DNA of 64,000 bases from Verrucomicrobiota bacterium (GTDB lineage: Bacteria > Verrucomicrobiota > Verrucomicrobiia > Limisphaerales > UBA11358): contig JBEKKZ010000003.1 of the NCBI GenBank assembly GCA_050010435.1, positions 64,987 through 128,986 of the forward strand. Reading direction: 5' to 3'. Numbering within the stretch: position 1 is the first letter of the stretch; each line of letters starts with the position of its first letter. The translations under genes and the position numbers were made by a program. Under the pieces are notes generated by a model. The model worked only from the letters and a program-made list of their open reading frames with translations, did no database searches and was not told the DNA's origin. Below, piece after piece: positions 47,430 to 56,218 of the stretch.

Positions 47430-48116
47430 TCAACTTTCCCTCGGCCGTTTGACAACGATGTCAATTCCCGCCTTGTTTTTCGCAATCATGTTGGCGGGCA
47501 GGATGCCGCGCCAGAAAACGTTCGGGTAAACCACCGCGCCGCGCCCGATGATGCTGCCGGGGTTCAGCACGGCGTTGCAGCCGGCTTCCGCGCCGTCGCC
47601 GAGCAGCGCGCCGAACTTGCGCAGGCCGGTGTCGAACGGCACGCCGTCCATCTCCACCTCGATGTTGCCGGAGAAAAGTTTGTAGTTGGAAATTTTCACG
47701 CCCGCGCCGAGGTGCGCCCGGTGGCCGAGGATCGAGTCGCCGATGTAATTGAAGTGTGCCGCGTTGGCGCCATTGAACAGCAGCGAGTTTTTCAGTTCGG
47801 ACGAATTGCCGACGACGCAGCCGTTGCCGATGATGACGTTTTCGCGGATGTAGGCGTTGTGGCGGATCTGGCAACCCTGGCCGATGATGGCCGGCCCTTT
47901 GATCATCACCCCATCCTCGACGACCGTGTCCTTGCCGATGAAAACCTTTTCGCCGATAAACGCCCTGCCCTCACAGTGGTTATGCAGGGCCGGTTTCAAA
48001 TTCGCGGCGATGTAGCCCTCAATTTTTTTGAGCGCGTCCCAAGTGAATTTGCAGCCGTCGAAGATGGCGGCGTGTTCGGTCTGGCTGAGGTCAAACAAGT
48101 CGGCTGGCTTGAACAT
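47430..48116 (-). CDS. left-handed beta-helix (hexapeptide-repeat) transferase-like protein
   Basis: 228 aa. Long run of hexapeptide repeats (IGEKVFIGKDTVVEDGVMIKGPAIIGQGCQIRHNAYIRENVIIGNGCVVGN...). GlmU C-terminal-like. Confidence 0.7.
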   Translation of the reverse strand: MFKPADLFDLSQTEHAAIFDGCKFTWDALKKIEGYIAANLKPALHNHCEGRAFIGEKVFIGKDTVVEDGVMIKGPAIIGQGCQIRHNAYIRENVIIGNGCVVGNSSELKNSLLFNGANAAHFNYIGDSILGHRAHLGAGVKISNYKLFSGNIEVEMDGVPFDTGLRKFGALLGDGAEAGCNAVLNPGSIIGRGAVVYPNVFWRGILPANMIAKNKAGIDIVVKRPRES

Positions 48117-48202
48117 GGCGGCAGGTTAGGCGAAACGGCGGCGGCGGAAAAGCGAAATGGGTGTGTGCCAGTTTGATGACAAATGGTGGAGTGGATGGCA
48201 GG

Positions 48203-48330
48203 GAAATGACTAATTCCGAAACCATAATGACGAAAGAAGCCCGAAGCTCGAATAAACGGCCTGGCCGGTTCGTTGGTTATTGGGTCATTTGGAAATTCTT
48301 TAGTCATTCGGATTTAGGAATTAGTCATTC
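48203..48330. repeat. MITE-like element with GAATGACTAATTCC-type terminal inverted repeats
   Basis: GAAATGACTAATTCCGAAACCATAATGAC ... GTCATTCGGATTTAGGAATTAGTCATTC. Confidence 0.7.
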
Positions 48331-48455
48331 AATGGAGATAGCCTTTTACGCGGACATTCCCCGCCCTGCCGGTTTTTAATCAAAATAACCCGCTGCTCGA
48401 AATGGCATGGGCTTGCCATTCGCGGCGGCGGGAGTATTTTCACCAGCCACGGCGC

Positions 48456-48530
48456 GCTCCCGTAGCTCAAATGGATAGAGCAGCGGTTTCCTAAACCGCG
48501 GATCCCAGTTCAATTCCGGGCGGGGTACCA
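48456..48530 (+). tRNA. tRNA-Arg (anticodon CCT), with imperfect T- and acceptor-stem pairing in my hand fold
   Basis: GCTCCCG-TA-GCTC-AAATGGATA-GAGC-A-GCGGT-TTCCTAA-ACCGC-GGAT-CCCAG-TTCAATT-CCGGG-CGGGGTA-C. D and anticodon arms are perfect. 52:62 is A.C, and 1:72 and 2:71 do not pair. Confidence 0.55.
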
Positions 48531-48638
48531 TTCAACCCGTTGCGCCTCAGAAACACGCGTGACGGGAACATTTTCCGCAACTAATGCCTCGTAACCATGT
48601 TATACTCTCGGGCGTCTTAAATTGACAACAGCCTGATT

Positions 48639-50297
48639 ATGAAAATCAAATTCTTCAAACGGTGTGTTTTGGGGACGGCGACTGTGGTTCTATGTTTGAT
48701 GGGCGTCCGTTCACCATTTAATTCCCCGGCGCAAGCGCAACCCGCTCCACCCCCGCCGGACAGTGCAACGGAATCAAGCGCGTTGCCACCGAACGTTTAT
48801 CCGACCAGCCCGCTGGCACAGGTCATCCGGCTCACCCAGGCCGGCGTGGATGAAAGCATCATCATGACTTACGTCACCAATTCCGGCAGCACGTTCAATC
48901 TCGATTCGGACAAAATCATTTATTTGAAGGACATTGGCCTGCCAAACGAAGTCGTCACCGCCATGATGCAGCGCGACCAGCAGTTGCAGCAGCAAATGAC
49001 CGCGGCGGCGTATCACCCCCCGGCTCAACCCGCTTCCGCTCCCGCCACAACCTACCAGCCGGAAACCGCGCCGCCGCAACCGGTGGAGCCACCGGCGGAA
49101 GTCACGGTGAATTCTTTTTATGACACGCTTGCGCCGTATGGCAGTTGGGTGGACGTGGACGGCTATGGATGGTGCTGGCGGCCAAGCGTGGTGGTTTACA
49201 ACCCCGGCTGGCAGCCGTATTGCGATCACGGACATTGGGTTTATACCGACTGCGGCTGGTATTGGTTTTCGGATTATTCGTGGGGCTGGGCACCGTTCCA
49301 TTATGGCCGCTGGTTTCAGGATTCGCGCTGGGGCTGGTGCTGGACGCCGGACACCGTTTGGGGGCCATCGTGGGTGACCTGGCGGTATTCGAACGATTAC
49401 TGCGGCTGGGCGCCGCTGCCGCCATTTGCGGTGTATCGGGAAGGCGTCGGCTTCTTTTATCGGGGCCTCAACGTCAGTTTTGGATTCGACTTTGGTTTAG
49501 GCATGAATTGTTTCACGTTCGTGCCGATCGGTCATTTTTGTGACCCGCACCCACGCCGCTTTCGCGCCACTCCAACGCAGGTAACGCAGATTTACAACCA
49601 CACCACGGTCATTAACAATTTCAACGGTCACGGTCACAACCTGGCCAACCGGGGGATTGATCCGGAACATATCACCGCCGTCACCCGAACGCCCATCCAT
49701 CCCATCTCAATCCGGGATACAACCTCGCCGTCCGGACACGGCCCGCGCAGCGATCAACTCAGTCACGATGGCCACACACTTATCGTAAATCGCCCGAGCT
49801 TCACAGGCAATCCGGCTCCCGGCGGAAACCGAAACAATCGCCCGGCACAATCCGGGTATCCGGGACAAAATCATTCCCCGCAACAGAATAACAATTGGCC
49901 GGCGTCTCAAACCCGGCAAATCAGGCAGCCACAGGAAGACAACGCAATCTCCGTCCCGGCGCAACGCCCGTCGCCACCGGTCAATTATTCAACGCCGAGC
50001 CACGACAACCGGACCCTCTCTCCCAGAGGACGGGAGCAACAATCATTGCAATCACCGCGTGACAACACGCGTAATTTCGAAGCGCCGGGGGTCGCGCCGA
50101 CCCTCAACGAGTGGCAGTACAATGCGCCCGAAGCCAGCCACCACAACGCACCAGCCGACGCACCCGTCGAGCGCCCGCAACACAACGAGTCGTCATCGTC
50201 ACCAAGATCGTCGGGACAAAATCAGAACCAAAACAGTTCTGGCAACAACTCCAACAACGGTCCCGGCAATGGTTCGGGTCGCGGTCCGGGACATTGA
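48639..50297 (+). CDS. secreted Pro/Gln/Asn-rich protein with Trp-rich central domain (DUF6600-like by eye)
   Basis: Signal peptide. Central domain YGSWVDVDGYGWCWRPSVV...WGWAPFHYGRWFQDSRWGWCWTPD. Low-complexity C-terminal tail. Confidence 0.6.
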   Translation: MKIKFFKRCVLGTATVVLCLMGVRSPFNSPAQAQPAPPPPDSATESSALPPNVYPTSPLAQVIRLTQAGVDESIIMTYVTNSGSTFNLDSDKIIYLKDIGLPNEVVTAMMQRDQQLQQQMTAAAYHPPAQPASAPATTYQPETAPPQPVEPPAEVTVNSFYDTLAPYGSWVDVDGYGWCWRPSVVVYNPGWQPYCDHGHWVYTDCGWYWFSDYSWGWAPFHYGRWFQDSRWGWCWTPDTVWGPSWVTWRYSNDYCGWAPLPPFAVYREGVGFFYRGLNVSFGFDFGLGMNCFTFVPIGHFCDPHPRRFRATPTQVTQIYNHTTVINNFNGHGHNLANRGIDPEHITAVTRTPIHPISIRDTTSPSGHGPRSDQLSHDGHTLIVNRPSFTGNPAPGGNRNNRPAQSGYPGQNHSPQQNNNWPASQTRQIRQPQEDNAISVPAQRPSPPVNYSTPSHDNRTLSPRGREQQSLQSPRDNTRNFEAPGVAPTLNEWQYNAPEASHHNAPADAPVERPQHNESSSSPRSSGQNQNQNSSGNNSNNGPGNGSGRGPGH

Positions 50298-50422
50298 CTG
50301 GCCGCTGGTTTTATTTGTCAAACGCCGTGGCGTGCAAGTTGCGCCCGGCGTTTTTGCTTTTGCAACCTCTCCGCCGCTGGCAAAATCCGCTCGTGGGCAT
50401 CACGCGGCGGCAATTTGAACAG

Positions 50423-51004
50423 ATGCAGGAACGCCTCGGCGGCGCTTCCCCGCATACGGTCTCTCCGGTTTTCGCATCGGCGTTGCGCGCCGCGCCCGGC
50501 GCTCATCGCGTCATTCTCGGCGTGGACCCGTCTCTGCGCGGCACCGGTTTTGGTGTGATTCGCGCCGCGAAACCATTTCCGCAAACGCTGGCGCACGGCA
50601 CGATTTCCTGTCCCGCGAATTGGGAACGCTCGCGCTGTCTCGCCAAAATCTCCGCGGCATTGCGCGACGCGATTCGCGAATATCGTCCGACGGTGTGTGT
50701 CATCGAGGGACTTTTTTACGCGCAAAATCTCCAGACCGCGCTCATCATGGGCGAGGCGCGCGGCGCGGCGCTGGCGGCCATCGCCGAAGCCGGCCTGGAA
50801 ATTTTTGAAATCGCGCCGCGCAAGGTGAAACAGGCCGTCGTCGGCTACGGCGCGGCGCAAAAATCCGCCGTCGCAAAAATGGTCCAGCGCCTGTTGAATT
50901 TGCCAAAACCGCCCGCGCCGGACGCGGCGGACGCGCTGGCGCTGGCGCTCGCCCACGCGCAGGAAAACAGCCGTTACAATTTGACGCCATTGAAACGGGT
51001 ATGA
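50423..51004 (+). CDS. ruvC: crossover junction endodeoxyribonuclease RuvC
   Basis: Core ILGVDPSLRGTGFGVI...VIEGLFYAQN...DAADALALALAH. Start ATG 50423 or TTG 50483. The longer ORF-track N-terminus is not RuvC-like. Confidence 0.88.
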   Translation: MQERLGGASPHTVSPVFASALRAAPGAHRVILGVDPSLRGTGFGVIRAAKPFPQTLAHGTISCPANWERSRCLAKISAALRDAIREYRPTVCVIEGLFYAQNLQTALIMGEARGAALAAIAEAGLEIFEIAPRKVKQAVVGYGAAQKSAVAKMVQRLLNLPKPPAPDAADALALALAHAQENSRYNLTPLKRV

Positions 51005-51010
51005 ATTCTT

Positions 51011-51038
51011 CATTCTGCATTCCGCATTCTGCATTCGC
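51011..51038. repeat. heptanucleotide array (CATTCYG)x4 abutting the ruvA start codon
   Basis: cattctg cattccg cattctg cattcgc, immediately followed by the ATG of ruvA. Confidence 0.85.
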
Positions 51039-51644
51039 ATGATCACCTTCCTCCACGGCAAACTCATCGAAGCGCTGCCCACCCAGGTTGTTGTGGATGT
51101 GAACGGCGTCGGTTATGAAGCGCTCATTCCGCTGTCGTCGTTCGACAAGCTGCCGCAACCGGGCGGCACGGTAAAACTGCTCACGCAACTGGTCATCCGC
51201 GAGGACGCGCACACGCTTTACGGTTTCATGACGGCGGCGGAACGCGATTTGTTCCGGCTGCTCGTCAACACCGTTTCCGGCATCGGGCCGAAGATCGCGC
51301 TGAACATTTTGAGCGGCATCAGCGTGACCGCGTTTCGCGGCGCGGTGGCCGGCGGCGACGTAAAATCGCTTTCGCAAATTTCCGGCGTCGGCAAAAAGAC
51401 CGCCGAGCGCATCATCGTCGAGTTGCGCGACAAAATCGGCGCGGCGGGCGCGTGGGAGGCCGCCAGCGCCCGGCGCGCGCTCTCGCCGGACGACCAAAAA
51501 ATCAATGACGCCGTGCTGGCGCTGATGGCGCTCGGTTTCAAACAGATTGACGCGCATGACGCTGTTCGCGCCGCGCAGACGATGCTCGGTGTGAAGGCGA
51601 CGGTCGAAGACCTTGTGCGCGCGTGTTTGAAAAAAGGAGCGTGA
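51039..51644 (+). CDS. ruvA: Holliday junction branch migration complex subunit RuvA
   Basis: MITFLHGKL...VDVNGVGYE. HhH motifs GIGPKIAL and GVGKKTAERI. 201 aa. Confidence 0.93.
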   Translation: MITFLHGKLIEALPTQVVVDVNGVGYEALIPLSSFDKLPQPGGTVKLLTQLVIREDAHTLYGFMTAAERDLFRLLVNTVSGIGPKIALNILSGISVTAFRGAVAGGDVKSLSQISGVGKKTAERIIVELRDKIGAAGAWEAASARRALSPDDQKINDAVLALMALGFKQIDAHDAVRAAQTMLGVKATVEDLVRACLKKGA

Positions 51645-52369
51645 TGACTGAAGCAAGTTCATCGCCGGAAAAAACGGGCCCGCCGGCAAAAAAAAGAAAA
51701 TCCGGCGTGATCGTGCCGCACAAGGCGAAGTGGCATCAGCGCGCCGGCGCGTTCCTGGTGTTCGTTTTGTTGCGCGCGCTCATGGTCACGGTGCGCTGTC
51801 GGCTGCGTGACCGCTCGGAATTTTTAGCGCTCAATGCCCCCGGCCCGGCGATTTTTTGTTTCTGGCACAACCGGCTCGCGTCCTGCATCAAAGCTTATGA
51901 AAGCCACCGCAAACCGCACACGTCCGGCAAGGGCATGGCGGCGCTGGTAAGTGCCAGCCGGGACGGCACGTTCCTAACGGGCATTCTGGAATGGTTCGGC
52001 GTGCAGCCGGTGCGCGGATCAACCAGCCGGCGGGGACCGCAGGCATTGCTTGAACTCACAACCTGGGCCGAGCGCGGCTACGACCTGACCATCACGCCGG
52101 ACGGCCCGCGAGGACCGTGCTACCAGATTCAGGAGGGCGTGATGTCGCTGGCGCAGGTGACAGGTTTGCCGGTGGTGCCGGTGGCGTTCAATCTGGATTG
52201 GAAACTGCGCGCGAAAAGCTGGGACCGATTTCAAATTCCGCTGCCCTTCACACGCTGTGAAGTCATCGTCGGCCGAATCATACGCGTGCCGGGCGAAGCA
52301 ACGGACGCCGAACGCGAGGAACTGCGCAAACAACTCGAAGCTGAATTGCGTGCCATCTCGCACGATTGA
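51644..52369 (+). CDS. DUF374-domain (lysophospholipid acyltransferase-like) protein
   Basis: ATG 51644 overlaps the ruvA stop (GTGATGA). FCFWHNRL, SASRDGTFL, VRGSTSRRGPQAL, ITPDGPRGP. Confidence 0.75.
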   Translation: MTEASSSPEKTGPPAKKRKSGVIVPHKAKWHQRAGAFLVFVLLRALMVTVRCRLRDRSEFLALNAPGPAIFCFWHNRLASCIKAYESHRKPHTSGKGMAALVSASRDGTFLTGILEWFGVQPVRGSTSRRGPQALLELTTWAERGYDLTITPDGPRGPCYQIQEGVMSLAQVTGLPVVPVAFNLDWKLRAKSWDRFQIPLPFTRCEVIVGRIIRVPGEATDAEREELRKQLEAELRAISHD

Positions 52370-52426
52370 TTTTTTGCGCAGCGCAATCCTTGACACTCGA
52401 CCCTCGACTTTCGACTCTCGACCAGA

Positions 52427-55396
52427 ATGATTGCCCGCGTCAGCCTCGAAATCGCGCTCCGCAAGGAGTTCGATTATTTGATTCCGCCCGGACTGGCCGG
52501 ACAAATCGAGGTCGGCAGCCGCGTGCAGGTGCCATTCGGCCCGCGAAAAATTCTCGGTTGCGTCACCGCCCTCGCCGAAGAATCCGCGCACGCCAATCTC
52601 AAACCAATTCTGAAAGTCATCGGCGCCCAGACGCTCGTCACGCCGAAAGTCCTGAAACTCGCACGCTGGATTGCCGATTACTACTGCTGCGCGCCGGAAA
52701 CCGCGCTGAAATCCGTTCTGCCCGAAGCCGTGCGCAAGGAGGAATCCGGCTGGCGCGAACGCTTGTTTGTCCGCGCGCTGATGGTGAGCGGCGAATTTCC
52801 AAAATTACCCAAGCGCCAGCAGGAAGTTTGGAACATCATTGAAGAACGGCGCGAGTTGCCGTTGCAGGAATTGGTCGAGCTGGCCGAAACCACCGCCGCC
52901 ACCGTCCGCAAACTCGAAGATCGCGGTCTGGTGGAGATCGCCCCCCAAATTTCCGAACGCGATCCGTATGCCCGTGAACACATTCTGCCGTCGCAACCGC
53001 TGCCGCTGAATCCGGCGCAGGAAATGGCGCTGAAGGAAATCATCGGCGCAATGGATGGACGTGGTGGCATCCGCGTCCCGCGGGTGGAGGCGGGCGTCGC
53101 GCCCGCCTCTCGTCCGACGGCCAAACCCGGTCCGATTTCAGAAACCACCGTCCGCAAACGCAGTCTGCCGCATTTTGAAATTCCGGGTTTTACCTATCAC
53201 GTCACCTGGCGGACGCACGACAAGCTTGTTCTTTCTCCCGAGGCACGCGCCCGCACGCTGGATGCCTGCCATCACTGGCACGGCAAAAAAGTGAAATGCT
53301 ACGCCGCCTGCGTCATGTCCGACCATGTTCATTTGCTGATTCAACTTTTGCCGGTTCGGGAAGCCGGGAAAACCGGCGTTCATTCGCTTCCGGAAATCTT
53401 GCACAGCATCAAATCGTTTTCCGCTCATGAGGCAAACAAGGTGATGAAACACTCCGGGCCGGTCTGGATGGATGAATCGTTTGACCGCCTGATTCGATCC
53501 GAAGCGGACTTGCACAAAACCTGGGATTACATTTGGAACAACCCGCGAACGATTGGGCTGGTCGGACCGATGGAGGATTATCCTTACATCTGGACGCCGG
53601 GCGTATCAGACGTTGAAAATGTTCGGCGGGACGCCGAACATGACCTGCGAGACGCGGGTGCCACACAACAGGAATCGGGCGTTGCAAAGTCATCCCAAGT
53701 TTTCTTGCTTCACGGGGTAACAGGTTCGGGCAAGACGGAAATCTATCTCCAGGCCATCGCCCACGCGCTCGCCCAAGGCAAGGGTGCGATTGTGCTCGTG
53801 CCGGAAATTTCGCTCACGCCGCAGACGGTCGAACGCTTCAAGGCGCGGTTCAGCTTCGGCAAACTGCAAACGCTCGTGGCGGTTTTGCACAGCCACTTGT
53901 CCGCCGGCGAACGCCACGACGAATGGCACAAAATCCGTCAGGGCCGCGCGCGCATCGTCATTGGAGCGCGTTCGGCGATTTTTGCGCCGGTCGAACCGCT
54001 CGGCCTCATCATCGTGGACGAGGAGCACGAGCACACCTACAAGCAGGAGGAAGCGCCGCGCTACCACGCGCGCGACGTCGCCATCATGCGCGGCCGGATG
54101 GAAAACACGGTCGTCGTGCTCGGCTCGGCCACGCCGTCGCTGGAAAGCTATTACAACTGCAAACGCGGCAAATACACGCTGCTCGAACTGCCGGAGCGCG
54201 TGGACGACCAGAAAATGCCCCACGTGCGCGTCGTGGACATGCGCCAGGCCGCGTCCCGCCAGCGCGGGAAAGAAGGCATCCCGATTTTTTCGCCGCAACT
54301 CAAGGAAGCCATCACGCAACGGCTCGAAAAGCACGAGCAGACGATCTTGTTTTTGAACCGGCGCGGCTATTCGACTTCGCTGCAATGCCCAAAATGCGGC
54401 TATGTGGCGCAGTGCCCGAATTGCAGCCTCGCGCTCACGTATCATCGGCCGGAACAAAAACTCCGCTGCCACATTTGCGGGTTCATTGACGCCGTGCCCG
54501 CCGTGTGCCCGAATGAAAAATGCAAAAACCCGGCCATCCGCTATGCCGGTCTCGGCACGCAGAAGGTCGAAGACACGCTGGCGAAACTTTTCCCCAACGC
54601 GCGCGTGCGGCGCATGGACGCCGACACGATGAAGCGCAAGGATGACTACCGGAAGGTGCTCGGTGATTTCCGCGCCGGCAAGACCGACATCCTCGTCGGG
54701 ACGCAGATGATTGCGAAGGGCCTGCATTTCCCGAACGTCACGCTCGTCGGCATCATTTACGCCGACCTCGCGCTGCATCAGCCGGATTTTCGCGCGGGCG
54801 AGCGCACCTTCCAGCTCCTCACCCAAGTCGCCGGTCGCGCCGGCCGCGGCGACGTTGAGGGTGAAGTGTTCGTCCAAGCGTTCGCGCCGTTTCATCCGGC
54901 GATCCAATACGCGCGCCGCCACGACTTCCCCGGCTTTTACGAACAGGAAATCGAATTCCGCGAACAACTGAAATATCCGCCCGTCAGCCGCGTCGCGCTG
55001 CTCACACTCAAAGGCCGCAACGAGGACAAGGTGAAGTTCAGCGCCGACCATTTGAAACGCGAACTGGAGAAAAATTTTGTAGCGGCGGTCTATGACCGTC
55101 ACCAATCAGACACGCAAGGTAGGGTGGGCAGTCCTCTGCCCGCCGCTCGCACGCAAGCCGATGACGGCGCGCATCCCGCAGGCGCGGGACGCCCTACCAC
55201 ATTTAAAGATTTGATCATTGCCGGGCCGGCGCCCGCGCCGTTGCTGCGCGCGGAAACTTTTTACCGGTACCAAATCATGCTGCGCACGCGCGCGATGAGC
55301 AAACTGAGTCAGACACTGGCGAAAATCATCGAAACGCTCGCATTACCCGAAGACGTGACACTCATGGTGGATATTGATCCAGTGAGCTTGTCTTGA
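52427..55396 (+). CDS. priA: primosomal replication-restart helicase PriA, carrying an internal RAYT-like domain
   Basis: N-terminal 3'-DNA-binding/WH region. Walker A GVTGSGKT (aa 431-438). DEEH (IIVDEEHEH). Cys-rich Zn module (CPKCGY..CPNCS..CHICG..CPNEKC). RAGR motif. 989 aa because of a 202-codon cassette (53061..53666) and a 79-nt repeat (55119..55197). Confidence 0.93.
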   Translation: MIARVSLEIALRKEFDYLIPPGLAGQIEVGSRVQVPFGPRKILGCVTALAEESAHANLKPILKVIGAQTLVTPKVLKLARWIADYYCCAPETALKSVLPEAVRKEESGWRERLFVRALMVSGEFPKLPKRQQEVWNIIEERRELPLQELVELAETTAATVRKLEDRGLVEIAPQISERDPYAREHILPSQPLPLNPAQEMALKEIIGAMDGRGGIRVPRVEAGVAPASRPTAKPGPISETTVRKRSLPHFEIPGFTYHVTWRTHDKLVLSPEARARTLDACHHWHGKKVKCYAACVMSDHVHLLIQLLPVREAGKTGVHSLPEILHSIKSFSAHEANKVMKHSGPVWMDESFDRLIRSEADLHKTWDYIWNNPRTIGLVGPMEDYPYIWTPGVSDVENVRRDAEHDLRDAGATQQESGVAKSSQVFLLHGVTGSGKTEIYLQAIAHALAQGKGAIVLVPEISLTPQTVERFKARFSFGKLQTLVAVLHSHLSAGERHDEWHKIRQGRARIVIGARSAIFAPVEPLGLIIVDEEHEHTYKQEEAPRYHARDVAIMRGRMENTVVVLGSATPSLESYYNCKRGKYTLLELPERVDDQKMPHVRVVDMRQAASRQRGKEGIPIFSPQLKEAITQRLEKHEQTILFLNRRGYSTSLQCPKCGYVAQCPNCSLALTYHRPEQKLRCHICGFIDAVPAVCPNEKCKNPAIRYAGLGTQKVEDTLAKLFPNARVRRMDADTMKRKDDYRKVLGDFRAGKTDILVGTQMIAKGLHFPNVTLVGIIYADLALHQPDFRAGERTFQLLTQVAGRAGRGDVEGEVFVQAFAPFHPAIQYARRHDFPGFYEQEIEFREQLKYPPVSRVALLTLKGRNEDKVKFSADHLKRELEKNFVAAVYDRHQSDTQGRVGSPLPAARTQADDGAHPAGAGRPTTFKDLIIAGPAPAPLLRAETFYRYQIMLRTRAMSKLSQTLAKIIETLALPEDVTLMVDIDPVSLS
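53061..53666 (+). mobile_element. REP-associated tyrosine transposase (RAYT / IS200-like Y1 HUH) cassette with terminal inverted-repeat hairpins, in frame within priA
   Basis: Encodes RSLPHFEIPGFTYHVTWRT...SDHVHLLIQ (HUH)...VWMDESFDRLIRSEADLHKTWDYIWNNPRTIGLV (Y-x-x-x-N-P Tyr motif). TIRs at 53061..53085 and 53643..53666. Inner hairpins at 53087..53109 and 53619..53641. No own start or stop codon. 606 nt. Confidence 0.75.
55119..55197. repeat. GTAGGG...CCCTAC REPIN-like element in frame near the PriA C-terminus
   Basis: GTAGGGTGGGCAGTCCTCTGCCCGCCGCTCGCACGCAAGCCGATGACGGCGCGCATCCCGCAGGCGCGGGACGCCCTAC, translated as GRVGSPLPAARTQADDGAHPAGAGRPT. Twin of the hemY copy. Confidence 0.85.
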
Positions 55397-55397
55397 G

Positions 55398-55556
55398 GTA
55401 GCACAGGCGTCCCGCCTGTTGTTTCCGGCGTCGCGCCCGAAACCGGCGCGGGACGGACGACCATTTCACACTTGCCCGATTGCCTGCAACCTGTGTCGCA
55501 CAACGGAATTCGGCGGGACGCCGAATTCAACCCCCGAAAGCTTTCGGGGGTGCTAC
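55398..55556. repeat. 159-nt composite GTAGCA...TGCTAC multi-hairpin element directly after priA
   Basis: GTAGCA[CAGGCG-TCC-CGCCTG]..[GTTTCCGGCG-TCG-CGCCCGAAAC]..[GAATTCGGCG-GGA-CGCCGAATTC]AA[CCCCCGAAAGCTTTCGGGGG]TGCTAC. Starts 2 nt after the priA stop. Confidence 0.8.
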
Positions 55557-55636
55557 CGTAAAAATCATCGGGACGCTTGCGTTGCCGGACGACCTGATGC
55601 AGACCGCGAACATCAATCTGGTGAATTTGACCGAGT

Positions 55637-56203
55637 TTATGACACGCTAAGGTTTTTAATCCCCCGCTGCCACAAATCGAAGTGATACAGCGCGACGACG
55701 ACGAGGGAGTGGCCGATTTTTTCGTCGGCCACGAGTTTCGGAATTTCCGCGACCGGCACAAGGTGCGTCACCAAATCCTCGCCGTGATCAAATTCGACGC
55801 CGTGTTTGAGGCGGCAGTTTTCCACGAGGACGGTGAAGCAGGTGTTGGTCAAAATGGCCGGGTTTGCGTGGATGCGTCCGAGCACACGCGCGTTTTCGCC
55901 TTCGTAGCCGGTCTCCTCGCGCAATTCGCGCACGGCGGTCGCCACCGGATCGGTTTCGTCCGCTTCCATTATGCCGCCGGGGATTTCGAGTTCCACCGTG
56001 TTCGAGCCGTGGCGGTATTGCTCGACCATCACCAACTGCTGGTCGGGCGTAACGGCGACGACATTGACCCAATTGACGCTGTCGAGGACGTAAAAATCGT
56101 GTTCCTTGCCGGTGCGCGGCGAGATTTTCACGTCCGAGCGCAGCTTGAAGATGCGGAAATCGCCGATGGGCGTCGAACGGACTTTTTTCCACGGTTTTAT
56201 CAC
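55637..56203 (-). CDS. NUDIX hydrolase (ADP-ribose pyrophosphatase-like)
   Basis: Nudix box GGIMEADETDPVATAVRELREETGY. 188 aa. Confidence 0.88.
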   Translation of the reverse strand: MIKPWKKVRSTPIGDFRIFKLRSDVKISPRTGKEHDFYVLDSVNWVNVVAVTPDQQLVMVEQYRHGSNTVELEIPGGIMEADETDPVATAVRELREETGYEGENARVLGRIHANPAILTNTCFTVLVENCRLKHGVEFDHGEDLVTHLVPVAEIPKLVADEKIGHSLVVVALYHFDLWQRGIKNLSVS

Positions 56204-56218
56204 ACGTTTGAAAAGATT

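Noticed and set aside
48400-48640. Integrated element / genomic island next to the tRNA
   Set aside because: No integrase, no direct repeat of the tRNA 3' end within the window, and the flanking genes are ordinary housekeeping genes. Only the odd tRNA 3' end is reported.
53061-53666. Possibility that the priA insert is an intein
   Set aside because: There is no Cys/Ser/Thr at the N-junction, no His-Asn + Cys/Ser/Thr at the C-junction, and no TxxH block B. Instead the insert has HUH and Y-x-x-x-N-P transposase motifs and is flanked by DNA-level inverted repeats.
53690-55105. 471-aa minus-strand ORF
   Set aside because: It is antisense to the PriA helicase core (Walker A, DEEH, Zn-finger) and has shadow-ORF composition.
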